This document shows positions 27,176 through 38,711 of a stretch of DNA of 64,000 nt, one piece after another (position 1 is the stretch's first letter; every line of letters starts with the position of its first letter). The notes beneath the pieces were generated by a model. It ran no database searches, was not told the DNA's origin, and saw only the letters and a program-made list of their open reading frames with translations. A program made the translations under genes and the position numbers. The DNA is from Centroscyllium fabricii (lineage: Eukaryota): NCBI GenBank assembly GCA_051313645.2, contig JBNRSN020000012.1:118792001-118856000 (forward strand). The letters are read 5' to 3'.

Positions 27176-28176
27176 CATAAGAACATAAGAAATAGGAGCA
27201 GGAGTAGGCCAATCGACCCCTCGAGCCTGCACCGCCATTCAATAAGATCATGGCTGATCTGATCCTAACCTGAATTTTATTTTTACTCTCCATCCCGCCC
27301 AAACCCATGTGATCACCCGGGAGAGGTGAAAAACCAGATAAAAAAGTCAGTGGCCAATTTGGGAGAAAAAGTCTGGGAAATTCCTCTCCGACCCATCTAG
27401 GCGATTGAAAACTGGTCCAGGAGATCACATGGCCGATCTGAAACTAGCCTCACGTCCACTTACCTGCCCACTCACCATAACCCCTAATTCCCTTTACTTC
27501 CAGGAAACTGTCTATCTCTGTTTTAAATTTATTCAATGTAGTAGCTTCCACAGCTCTCTGGGGCAGCAAATTCCATAGCCCCACCACCCTCTGAGTGAAG
27601 AAGTTTCTCCTCATCTCAGTTTTGAAATGGCAGCCCCTTATTTTAAGATCATGCCCCCTAGTCCTAGTTTCACCCACCATTGGGAACATCCTCACCGCAT
27701 CTACCTGATCAAGCCCCCTCACAATCTTATATGTTTCAATAAGATCGCCTCTCATTCTTCTGAACTCCAATGAGTAGAGGCCCAGTCTACTCAGCCTCTT
27801 GTCATATGTCAGCCCCCTCATCTCCGGAATTAACCTAGTGAACCTTCTTTGCACTGCCTCGAGAGCAAGTATGTCCTTTCTTAAATATGGATACCAGAAC
27901 TGCACGCAGTACTCCAGGTGTGGTCTTACCAATACCCTGTACAACTGCAGCAAGACCTCCCTGCTTTTATACTCCATCCCCTTAGCAATAAAAGCCAACA
28001 TTCCGTTGGCCTTCCTGACCACCTGCTGCACCTGCATATTAACTTCTTGTGTTTCCTGCAACAGGACCCCCAGATCCCTTTGCACTGAAGTACTTTCCAG
28101 TTTCTTTCCATTTAGATAATAACTCGCTCTATTATTTTTCCTGCCAAAGTGCATAACCTCACACTTTCCAGTATTA
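27176..28176 (-). mobile_element. Young 5'-truncated CR1 LINE with an uninterrupted ORF2 C-terminus and an extended 3'UTR
   Basis: ORF 27450..28205 (KCEVMHFG...RDLGV...LVRPHLEYCVQFW...RRMRGDLIETYKI...FFTQRVVGLWNLLP); (CATAAGAA)n tail at 27176. Confidence 0.95.
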
Positions 28177-28330
28177 AGCTCATATGCTTTAAGATAGGTA
28201 TCCATTTGGTTGCACTCTTCTTCACTGCTTTCAATGCCTGACTATCCTTGCTTGAGCAACATAATTGCAAACAACACTCTGGATGTGAACATATCACTTC
28301 TGAAAACTCATTAATGACCACAGGAGATGT

Positions 28331-29350
28331 TATAGAGTCATAGAGTCATAGAGACATACAGCACAGAAAGAGGCCCTTCGGCCCATCACGTCCGTGCCGC
28401 CCATCCAAACCTAGTCTATTCTAATCCCACTTTCCTGCATTTGCACCATAGCCTTGTATGTTGTAACCTTTCAAGTGTACATCCAAATGCTTCTTGAATG
28501 TTGTGACTGTTCCCGCCTCTACCACCCTTTCAGGCAGTGAGTTCCAGACTCCAACCACCCTCTGGGTGAAAAAGTTCTTCCTCACACCCCCCCAAAACCT
28601 CCTGCCTCTCACCCTGTATCTATGCCCCCTCGTTATTGACCCTTCCACCAATGGAAAAAGTTCCCCGCCATCTACCTTATCTATGCCCCTCATGATTTTG
28701 TACACCTCAATCATGTCCCCTCTCAGCCTCCTCTGCTCCAAGGAAAACAACCCCAGCCTGTCCAGTCTCTCCTCATAGCTGAAGCTCTCCATCCCAGGCA
28801 GCATCCTGGTGAATCTCCTCTGCACCCTCTCCAAAGCTATCACATCCTTCCTATAGTGTGGTGACCAGAACTGCACACAATACTCCAGCTGTGGCCTCAC
28901 CAGTGTTTTGTACAGCTCCATCGATCACCTCCCTACTTTTATATTCTATGCCCCTGCTAATGAAGGCAAGTATCCCATATGCCTTCTTGACCACCCTACC
29001 CACCTGCCCTGCTGCCTTCAAGGACTTGTGTACCTGTACACCAAGGTCCCTCTGATCTTCTGTCTTCCCTAGAGTGCTACCATTCATGGTGTATTCCCAC
29101 TCCATGTTCGTCCTGCCAAAATGCATCACTTCGCACTTTTCAGGGTTAAATTCCATCTGCCACTGTTCCGCCCATCTGACCAGCTCATCTATATCCCCCT
29201 GCAGCCTGCAGATCTCTTCCTCACTATTTACCACCCCTCCTATCTTTGTGTCATCTGCAAACTTGCTGATCATGCCTTTTACGTTGATATCCAAATCATT
29301 AATATAGATTACAAACAGCAAGGGACCCAACACCGATCCCTGCGGTACCC
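28331..29350 (-). mobile_element. 5'-truncated CR1 LINE, different subfamily, containing part of the RT domain
   Basis: ORFs 28851..29372 (VPQGSVLGPLLFVIYINDL...KFADDTK) and 28421..28921 are joined by one frameshift near 28921; (CATAGAGT)n tail. Confidence 0.95.
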
Positions 29351-29574
29351 ATGTTGCACCAACTGACTTCATAGAATTTGTTAGAAGCTGGCTGTCATCT
29401 GTACAGAAAAATGGTCATTTTTGTCTAGCCTTTATATTGTTCAGTTTGACAATTTAAATTGGCTGCCAGTGACATGGTACAGAATTCTGAAATTCCATAA
29501 AATTTGCATGTCCCAATTCACTTAACTAAATTGAACAGTTCCATAATAATTGTTACTACTTACTGGAGTGAAAA

Positions 29575-30275
29575 TGTGAGCTGGAGTATTATGTTCAATT
29601 CTTTAGCACCACACTTTAGGAAGGGTGTCAAGGTCTTGGAGATGGTGCAGAAGAGATTTACCAGAATGGTACCAGGGATGAGGGACTTCAGTTATGTGGA
29701 AAGACTGGAGCAGCTGGGGTTGTTCTCCTTCGAGGTGAGAAGGTTAAGAGGAGATTTGATAGAGGTGTTCAAAATCATGGAGGGTTTTGATAGAGTAAAT
29801 AAGGAGAAACTGTTTTCAGTGGCAGAATTGGTAACCAGAGGACACAGAATGGGTTCAAGCGGGATGGAGAGTGAAAGTAGATTTGAGGTTAGGATCAGAT
29901 CAGCCATGATCTTGTTGAATGGCGGAGCAGGCTCGAGGGGCCGATTGGCCTACTCCTGCTCCTATTTCTTATGTTCTTATGTTCTTATGAATTAAAGTGA
30001 TTGGCAACAGAACTAGAGGGGACATGAGGAAACAATTTTTACACAGCGAGTTGTTGTGATCTGGAATGCGCTGCCTCAAAGGGTGTTGGAAGCAGATTCA
30101 ATAGTAACATTCAAAAAAGAATTGGATAAATACTTGAAAGGAAAATAAAATTCCATGCCTATGGGGAAAGAGCAAGGGAGTGGGATTAATATGGATAATG
30201 CTACCAAAGAGCTGGCACAGGCACGATGGGCCGGATGGCCTCCTGCGCTGTATTATTTTATGATTCTATGATTAT
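29575..30275 (+). mobile_element. CR1 LINE 3' portion with a nested short CR1 3'-end insertion
   Basis: ORF2 C-terminus (VQKRFTRMVPGM...RRLRGDLIEVFKIM...TRGHR) resumes after 29989 with KVIGNRTRGDMRKQFFTQRVV; ends in an (ATGATTCT)n-type tail. Confidence 0.9.
29849..29989 (+). mobile_element. Severely 5'-truncated CR1 3' end of the same subfamily as 27176-28176
   Basis: ATGGGTT..GCGGGATGGAGAGT..AGGTTAGGATCAGATCAGCCATGATC...(TTCTTATG)n; GAAT on both flanks. Confidence 0.85.
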
Positions 30276-31659
30276 TTAGAACATTAAAGACAGTGCAATG
30301 TGTTTAAAATGACGAGTAATTCCAATTATAAACTGCTTAAACTTTGCATCCTGGCTGGCCTGCTTAGTTATACTTTATAAAAGCCTTCCTATAATAGCAA
30401 TCAGAAATGGGAATGTCGGATGAATGATTTGTCTAGGTAGTCCCATATTTTTACCTAAGATTTTATTGTATTTTTTAACTGTTTTGTTTATGCACTTTGT
30501 ATAATTCAGATGTGTCAAAGATCGGCCTGTATGCACAGGCAATGTAAATAATCCATAACCATTTTCATTTACAAAAGGGGCATCATTTGCACTCTTACGT
30601 TCAACCTGAATCAGTGATCAAGTACAGTCTAGGACTAAGAATTCCAGATTAAACAGTTTGAAACAGAATCAGGAACTAGTTTTTGGGTCTTGACTGCCTT
30701 GAGACTTGCCCCAAAGGAAACTTGGCCGTTAATGAGTCTCCACGGTTTAAAAACAATCTATTACAGGACAACCACTTACTTACTGATGTGTCCCCTCTGT
30801 GATTAAAATATCTTAATTACATTGTTAATAAGTCATAAAGACAAGAAGCCAGAATGGATCTTTGAAAACACTGGAGACCAGGATGTGTGGGTTCTCTTCA
30901 AATATATACTTATAACTGTAGGAGGGAAATGTTTTTTGTGAAGTACACAATTAACTTAAGGGCAGAGTCATAATATGATGAATATAACATGTTCTTTAGA
31001 TGTGAATCGTGTACTTCAAGCTGGTCTGAGTGTTTACTGTAATTGAACTCTGAACCTCTTCATCTCATCAGTAAAAAATGTTCAATGTGACAATCTGGAT
31101 ACACTGAAACTATTGAGAGTGAAATGATTTCATAGCAAGCAAAGATTCAAAAGCAATTGGCCCAGTTTTTAGAAGTGCTGTATTAATAGTGAGTGTACAT
31201 GGTAAGACTGAGAAAGAGCTTTGTGTTTTCAATTTTTATTTACTTTATAAACAAAATCAGGTTATATGTCATTATTGATTACCTAAGTGTCTCCAGCATT
31301 TAAAACTAGCACTGTGTATAAAGTGAATTATGTCCAATGTAACAATCTAGACACTGAATTTTGATTTGCTCAGAAAGATGTTAGGATATTCTGGGTACTG
31401 TGATGGAATTCAATTTATAGTGATTTACAGCAAGATATTAGTATACACATACCATGGCAAAATAACAGATGAGCTAGTTATTACAGTGACCAATATAAGT
31501 TGACAGTTTGAACTCAGATTACTTTGAGTAACATACAAGGTTCAAACATTTATTACCAGAAAAAGTAAAGATTTTCAGGTGCATTTGTTGATGAAAGCAA
31601 ATGTAATTCTATAGTAACATATCCAATATTAAGCAGGTACATATAATGAGTTCCCCCAT

Positions 31660-34345
31660 GTATAAAGTGTCCATTTATAGTGAATTCTCTTGCATAAAAT
31701 GTCCATTTACAGTCAATCTTCCTATATATAAAGTATCCCTTTACAGTGAATGCCCAATATAAAGTGTCCATTTATAGTAAATCTCCCTCTATAAATTGTC
31801 CATTTGGAGTGAATCTCCTTATATAAAGTACTTATTTTCCAATTAATCTCCCTCTGTATAAAATATGTCCATTTACAATGAGCTCTCCTCCCATCAAAGC
31901 AGTGGAATCCAAACTTTCTGCTTCAGTGGAATATTTAGTTTCCTTCAATCATGTATAAAAATGGCATCATTATCTCTTTGGAGGTGTTTTGGCTGATGAA
32001 AAGCCATTGTCCTAGCTGATCATCTCCACTAAAGGCCCTGTCACACCTAGACGATTTAGCCAGCATATGCAAATTTGGCTAAAACGCTGGTTTACGTCGG
32101 ATACGTTATGGGTACGTTATGCATACGTTAAGAGCACGTTGGCATACGCTGGACATACGTTGTATACGTCGTTGAATTTCGAGTAAGTCGAGATTTTTTG
32201 TGCATGCACAAAAAATCACAACGTATCAATGTTACGATTTATACGTTCCGCATACGCTGGCCATACGTTGTAGGCACGTTAGGCGATCGTTGAACACACA
32301 TTACCTTGCCCCTGTCATGCCCTGTCACACCTTGACGATTTAAGCTAGCGTTTTCCAATTTATCAAAATTTATCTAAAACGTCGGCGATACGCTGCCGCG
32401 CGCTATGCATACGTTAGACTATCGTTGGGCATAAGTTGTGAACGCTAAGCATTCGTTGGTATAAGTTATCTGTAAGTTATTGATACGCTCTGTGTACGTT
32501 ACTAATACGTTATGCATACGTCCAATACGTTATGAATACGCTATTATACGCCCAAAACTGAAAAAAAAGGTCAAAAGTTCAGCGTTTTAGCCAAATTTGC
32601 ATACGCTGGCTAAAACGTCTAGGTGTGACAGGGCCTTAAGTTAAAATCGGTGTAATTAAATAGACACACAAAAGCATGCCTCAAGTTAAGAAGAGATGCC
32701 TCAAGACTTAAATTTAATTAAATGTTGTATGTTAAAATATATAAAATCATCCCCTTGCAATTTATGTTACAAACTGTTGAATTTGGTGGGACTGCTCAAT
32801 TCATTGCTTTGTTTCTATATTTTAACACTGCAGGATTCACTTGTTTGAATCTGAGAACAGACCTTTCTGAATCTCCAGGTCTCACCAAGTTCACACAGCA
32901 GCATACGATTTATAACTGGAAACAGAAATGGGGTGGATAACTGTGTTAGCGGAGAGTAAGTCAATGGGTTTTTGTAGGTTGGTTTGCCAAGGTTCACAGG
33001 CCCATCTGGGCCATAGTCCATAGTTTGGACACCCTGGACCGACAGTAACTCCTGTTGCATAAAGTGTCTGGTTACAGTAAGTACCCTTCATATTGTGCGC
33101 ACGTTTACAATGATCCACACCCCCTATAAAGTATTTGATTAAAGTGAATCTCCTATATAAATGGTGGATTTACAATAAATCTCCTTGCATAAAGTGTCCA
33201 TTTGTATAAAGTCTGTTCACAGTAAATCCCACTTGCATGATGTGCCAATTCAGTGAATCTGCCTGCCATATAAAGAGTCCAATTACAGTGAGTTTGCTTT
33301 TGTGCTGGTAGCCCATGTAGAGTAAACCTCTCCCCCATCCTCCATATAGCTAATTAAAGAAAACTACAAACAATCCATCTACAGTTAATTTCCTTGCAGT
33401 GTCTAATTAAGTGTGATTCACATTGACTCTCCTGACATTAAAGTGTTCATTTACAGTGAATCTCCCTGCTGTATTAACTATCTGTTTACAGTGAATCTCC
33501 CTGCAGAAAGTGTCTGTTTATAGTGAATCTCTGTATAAAGTGTCAGTTTATTGGGAATCTCTGTATAAAGTGTCAGTTTCCTGTGTAGAGTGTTCACTTA
33601 CTGTGAATCGACTATAGAAAGTGTTGAATCAGTGAATCTCCCTGCTGTATAAAGTGTCCACTTACAAATGAGTTTACTTTGTATTGACTATTCATTTACA
33701 GTGACACCCCTCCACGAAGCCTCCTATTTAAATGGATCTTCTCCTGTATAAGTGGTCCATTTACGGTATCTCCTTGCATAAATGGCATGTTTATAATGGG
33801 ACTCCCTGCATAACTTGAATGTTTACAGTCTCCCTGTAAAAAGTATCCATTTACTGGGAATCGCCCTTCAATAAAATGCTCTTTCACAGTGTATTCCCTG
33901 AATTAGTGAATCTCCGTGCTTTATAAAGTGTCTATTCACAGCGAGTTCACTTTGTATTAAGTGTCTATTTACAGTGAACCTCCTGCAGAAATTGTCAATT
34001 TACTGTAAATTCCCTGTCTAACTTGTCCATTTGCAATAAATTCTACTCTTGTATAAAGTGTCAATACCAGGAGATTTGCTGAAAACTGACATTTTATGCA
34101 AGGGAAATTTACAATAAATGTACACTTTAGCCAGAGAGAGAAACTGTAAATGAAGTGTACAGTTATGGTAAATCTCCCCCTGCGTAAAGTTACCATTTAC
34201 AGTGAATCTCCCTGCTCCATTCAGTGTCCATTTATCGATACTCTCTAATGTAAACTGTCGATTCACAGTGAATCTTTCTGCTGTATTAAGTGTCCATTTC
34301 CAATGAGTTTCCACTTTATAAATTGTCCATTTACAGTGAATTCCT
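31660..34345 (+). repeat. Degenerate satellite, ~31-35-bp unit resembling TATAAAGTGTCCATTTACAGTGAATCTCCCTGC, in two blocks (31660-31890 and ~33050-34345)
   Basis: Recurrent aaagtgtccatttacagtgaatctcc variants at roughly 33-bp spacing. Confidence 0.88.
32033..32636. mobile_element. Non-autonomous DNA transposon (probably PIF/Harbinger) with 57-bp TIRs
   Basis: TIR AGGCCCTGTCACACCTAGACGATTTAGCCAGCATATGCAAATTTGGCTAAAACGCTG matches the right end at 55/57; TAA on both flanks (32030-32 and 32637-39). Confidence 0.92.
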
Positions 34346-34459
34346 CGGTATAAAATATCTTCTACAGCAAATATATTGAAGAGAAGAAAACATTTACGCT
34401 GTTTTAAAATTGCACACCCTGAGTTTACTATATATTCAGTAAAGCTACAGACCCTGAAA

Positions 34460-36350
34460 ATCCACAGGGCCATTTTCATTGCTGTTGTGCCTGGAGGCAA
34501 ATGTTTCACCCACTGATCATCTCCGGAGCTGACATTGCCATAAATTGTGGGGTCAGTTCATTTAAATATCCATTTGCAGTTCAGTAGTGTAATCCTGAAT
34601 AGTGCGTTGTGGAGAGGGGACTTAGAAATTAAAGCTGCGATTTTGCCTGCCGAGGCAGGTCTGGTGGCGGTGTGCGACCCCGGTGCTGGCTCCAACCTGC
34701 TTTGTGAAATGATTTTACACAGATTGGGCTTGTTAAGCCTGTCCTGTGCATTTCCTGGCCAATTGAAGGAAGCGGGCCTGATGATGTCATTTGACAACAC
34801 GTCATCAGCTGATTTCCTTAAAGGGACCATGCACAAATTGATTTTGACAGTTGTGCTGTCAGTGTTATACAGCATTGAGGTGCTGCAAACACTGACAAGC
34901 ACTGCACAGAAGTGCACGCCTGCATCCAGGCTCTTCCAGCACACAGGGAGGTCCTCTTCCCTTCCCATGGGTGGAGGAGACCTCCCCAGGAGATCAACGC
35001 AGCCTGGTTGCACATTGCACAGGAGGACACAAACAGGGATGTCATTAGGAGGACCAGGCTGCAGTGGCACAAACCTTTCAATGATCTCAGCAGATCATGA
35101 AACATTACTTCAAAGCCACACTCAACCTCATCCTGCCGTGTCATTCATCACATCCCTATCACTCTGCCTTCCCTACCCTACTCCTGCACATCCTTACTCA
35201 CACCAACTTACCTTTCACCTCCACCCATCCCTCTCTATCTACATTATCATTTCCCCATCTCACTAGCCACCCTTCACACTCACTCTCATCCCTGTGCAAG
35301 CATACCAACTAACAGCACACAAGGGTAGGCACTTGGATGTTTTATCCAATGTTCATGTAAAATTTCTGTTAATGTGGTGTCAAACGTTGACACCTTTATT
35401 TTCAACACTTTGCGTTCTTGGACAGATTTGTGTGCACCTTTGGAAGTGGCTTAGTGAGTTGCAGTGAATGGTAAGACATAACATTACCCCCTGCGAGTGT
35501 GAAAGGAATGGTTTGGGCATTGTAGGGATGCTTTATGGTGTTGGTGTGGGGTAGTGCCAACCTGGTGTATTATGTGGCAGCCAGGGTGTACAGCATCAAG
35601 TGAAGTAAATCTGGCCATGGTGAGGCCATCCCTGGCCTCCCGGGCAGCAATATAGTCAGGTACTGATGTCCTGTGGTCTGTGCAGCATTAGTTGATTGCG
35701 CATACGTTTGGTGTTACTGTTGGTGCTGCTGGTGTGCCTGGTGCTGCTGGCATTGGGGCTGGTTGTGGTGGGATTCTGAGGATCAAGGTGAGATAGTTTC
35801 AAGGGCTCCGATGCTGATGTAATGGATGACAGGTGAACTTGAGATGACAGAAGCAAATCTGTCAATGGTGAGAGAGGTTGTTCCAAAGAGGTGGCACTGG
35901 ATAGAGATTTGGCTCCAAACACTTGCAAGCTGCATAAAGCTCAATCTATCTTCTAAATGCAGTAAGCAACAGCTTCTGAGCTTGGAAAGTGAACAGCTGT
36001 GAGATGGGAGCTTTTTGCAGCTGTCAAGTAATCAGATAATTCCATGCTGAATCCACTTACGATTTTCTGAGCTGACGTGATCCCCGAGCAGCATATAACC
36101 CATGGGGGAACTCATAAAATTGAAAGGTAAGCTTAAAATAGTATTTAAGTGCCTCTTAACAATCTCTTAATGATCTAAATTGCCTCCCCCGCTGCTTAGT
36201 GTCGGGTCTGTTCACCGCTGACAGACCCAACATCTGGGAGACTCACATGGAGTTGGGTTGACAGCGGGTTCCCTACCTGCTGTCAGAAAAAGTTTTTCCC
36301 CACCCAACCTGTCACTGATCGCACCCGCTGAACTCTGAAAAATTCAGCCC
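34460..36350 (+). mobile_element. Degraded Harbinger-derived element carrying a Myb/SANT-like gene remnant
   Basis: ORF 34912..35100 (REVLFP..GWRRPP....AWLHIA......RTRLQWHKPFNDLSR) parallels the Myb exon at 56393. Right terminus AAAAATTCAGCCC resembles other MITE ends. Left end uncertain. Confidence 0.65.
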
Positions 36351-36490
36351 TAGTAGTGCAGCCTTTAAAATGCACGAAAGGCGGAAGATTTTAGCAGCTG
36401 GCTGGAGGAGCAGCAGGTAAGTAGGAAAGTGTTTGTCACAGTGAGTTGACTTTCAGTTAGCTGTATTGGATGGCTCATATGTAATTCTAT

Positions 36491-37553
36491 GGGGGAAAAA
36501 TTAGGTTGCTTGCACCTCCCGTTAGCGCCCTAAGAGGGCTGCTAACGAGGCGCAAGCCTGGTCTGGCGCCTACTGTGATATTCAGTGGGACGCTGGCATG
36601 TGCGGTAGCTGGTAGCGCCCCGTGGCTCCACTCCGCCGGGGATGACATAATCGGAGTGCGCAGCGGCCCGCTTGCGCCCAGGCCACGAAATTCAGTCGTG
36701 TCCGCTGCCGTACCACCTGACGCTGCCCACGACAGTTTCAGGCTGTCGTACTTGCAGCAGGGGAGCGCTACTTAAAGGGAAGGGTGCCGGGCGGCCATTT
36801 TTCTTGCTGGCCGACTGCATCCCACAGCGGCCCGACGGGGCTCTGGCCGCCACCGCGCTAGGCCACACCCCTTTAATCAGGGGAGGAAGGCCTGCAGTAC
36901 CGCGGCGCGGCACTCTGTGTAGCATGGCACATAAACCCGTCAATCAATCATTTGGGCGGCACGGTGGCATAGTGGTTAGCACTGTTGCCTCACAGCACTA
37001 GAGACCCGGGTTCAAATCCAGCCTCGGGTACTATCTGTGTGGAGTTTGCACATTCTCCCCGTGTCTGCGTGGGTTTCCTCCGGGTGCTCCGGTTTCCTCC
37101 CACAGTCCAAAGATGTGCGGGTTAGGTTGATTGGCCAGGATAAATTGCCCCTTAGTGTTAGGGGGATTAAATATGTGGGGTTACGGGGATAGGGTGGGAT
37201 ATGTGTCGGTGCAAGCTCGATAGGGATCGAGGGATATGGTAGAGGGCAGGGGCGGGGTACTGGGTTTGGATGATCAGCCATGATCTCATTGAATGGCGGA
37301 GCAGGCTCGAAGGGCCGAATGGCCTACTCCTGCTCCTATCTTCTATGTTTCTATGTTTCTATAACCCACAGCGCTGGAAATTCGGTTGTAGCGCCTAAAG
37401 AATGAGGTCGGGCGCCTGCATAGTGCCCGACCTCCTACTTTGGCTGCTACAATTGAATTTCCCAAGGAACGGTGCGAGCATTAGCCGGGCGCTAAAAGTA
37501 GCACACCGCCGAAGTTAGCACCCAAAAAATGGGCGCCACTGAATTTTTCCCCC
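36491..37553. mobile_element. GC-rich Harbinger-type MITE with a nested HE1 SINE
   Basis: Perfect 12-bp TIR GGGGGAAAAATT/AATTTTTCCCCC, TAT duplicated on both sides; strongly similar (inverted) to 55172-55920. Confidence 0.9.
36954..37362 (+). mobile_element. HE1-type V-SINE (elasmobranch), full length
   Basis: tRNA-like head GGTGGCATAGTGG / GGTTCAAATCC, V-domain TGTGTGGAGTTTGCACATTCTCCCCGTGTCTGCGTGGGTTTCCTCCGGGTGCTCCGGTTTCCTCCCAC, CR1-derived tail ending (TTCTATGT)n. Confidence 0.92.
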
Positions 37554-37644
37554 TATGACTTTTTAAAGCATGTCTTCAAGTGGAGGATCTGGCTTTAAAG
37601 AAGGGAGCAGGCCATTACAAAGAGGCAGAGAAGAATGGTGCCAG

Positions 37645-37972
37645 CCTTCGCTCAGTGATAGCACTCCCTCCTCTAAAAGAAAAAAGACTTGCATTTATAT
37701 AGCACTGTTCACAACCTCAATACTGAACACATTATTATGCTAGTACTTCAGTATGGTACTGAGGGAGCAGTGTCCTGGCCAATATTTATCTTCAACTAAA
37801 ACAGATTATCTAGTCAAATATATTTTGGCTGTTTGTGGGATTTTGCTGTCTGCAAAATGGCTGCCATTGTCCCTACATTACAACAGTGATTATACGACAA
37901 AAGCACTTAATTGGCTGTGAAGCACTTTGTGACATTTTGAGGCCATAATGGCACAATATAAATATAAGTTCA
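37645..37972 (+). mobile_element. Internally deleted, degraded Deu-domain SINE with a short inverted tail fragment at ~37675-37720
   Basis: gtactgagggag..gtgtcctggccaatatttatc...attggctgtgaagcactttg; embedded aaagacttgcatttatatagcac is the reverse complement of the tail. Confidence 0.7.
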
Positions 37973-38711
37973 TTCTACCTAAGAGCATTCTGTTCTAGCT
38001 GTAAGATATGGTGAGATTGGTGGTATGGGGCAGGTGTCAGGTAAATGGGTGGACAGGTACAGAGTAGCCATGGTAACTTGTGAAACAGCAGACAGGCAAA
38101 CGTTTCCATACCCTTCTCTGTCTTCTTGTTCCCAAGGGGGTTATGTGCATTCATTCTTAGTTTATGCCCTCCTTGCCTGTAGATCCATCACAGCAACAGG
38201 GGGCAGAGAATGGAAAAGAAAGGATGATGATGATGAGGAGGAGGAACAGGAGGGTAGGAAGTTCTTGCTGGGAGCCTTTGATGATGACAAGAAGGAAGAT
38301 GATATTGAGAACACGGCCACACAGGAGTCTCAGGTGTAAAATATGACCCCATGACCCTCTGGCCCATGTCATGCCTTTGTCACACACTTTATTATTTCCA
38401 TGCACCAACTCAGTAACTTTCACCCTGGTGAGGGTTGGGGTGGGTGGGTGAGGAGGTTGGGAATCAGTCAGTGTCAGTGAGAAGTGGCACTGCGTGATCC
38501 ACAGAGCACAAGGGAGGTGGAGGAATTGGGTGCGCTGTGCCACTTTCCAGGCGCAGGCTAAGGAAAAGATTGCTTATGGCTCATGGAGTTGAGGGACCCG
38601 GAACTAATTGATAATTGCATGAAAAGAAGAATATTAATGGAACATCCCACCTATGTGAAAGCTGTGAGGTCAGTGTCCAAGGATGTGCAACAATTGACAG
38701 CTGGAACTCTG

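Larger units (their letters stand above)
26790..28310 (-). mobile_element. Old, highly degraded CR1 fragment interrupted by a mini-MITE (26959-27073) and a younger CR1 (27176-28176)
   Basis: 26790-27175 and 28181-28310 resemble consecutive parts of CR1 ORF2 (compare 28460-28900). AGCTCATA is repeated at 27172 and 28177 around the younger insert. Confidence 0.55.

Noticed and set aside
27305-27432. Hammerhead ribozyme in the CR1 3'UTR hairpin
   Set aside because: No CUGANGA...GAAA core in the proper arrangement on either strand by eye; kept only as an unclassified structure.
34547-35266. 239-aa ORF as a novel gene
   Set aside because: It lies in a degraded transposon with no recognisable domain in that frame; the meaningful Myb similarity is in another frame.
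36954-37030. tRNA genes at SINE heads (also 39710 and 22740)
   Set aside because: The A/B boxes run directly into SINE core and LINE-derived tails; no complete cloverleaf.
38025-38339. Acidic ORF (RKDDDDEEEEQE...) as PAX3 exon 4
   Set aside because: GA-rich low complexity only; lacks SSISR and the HSIDGIL octapeptide, and has no fitting splice sites.
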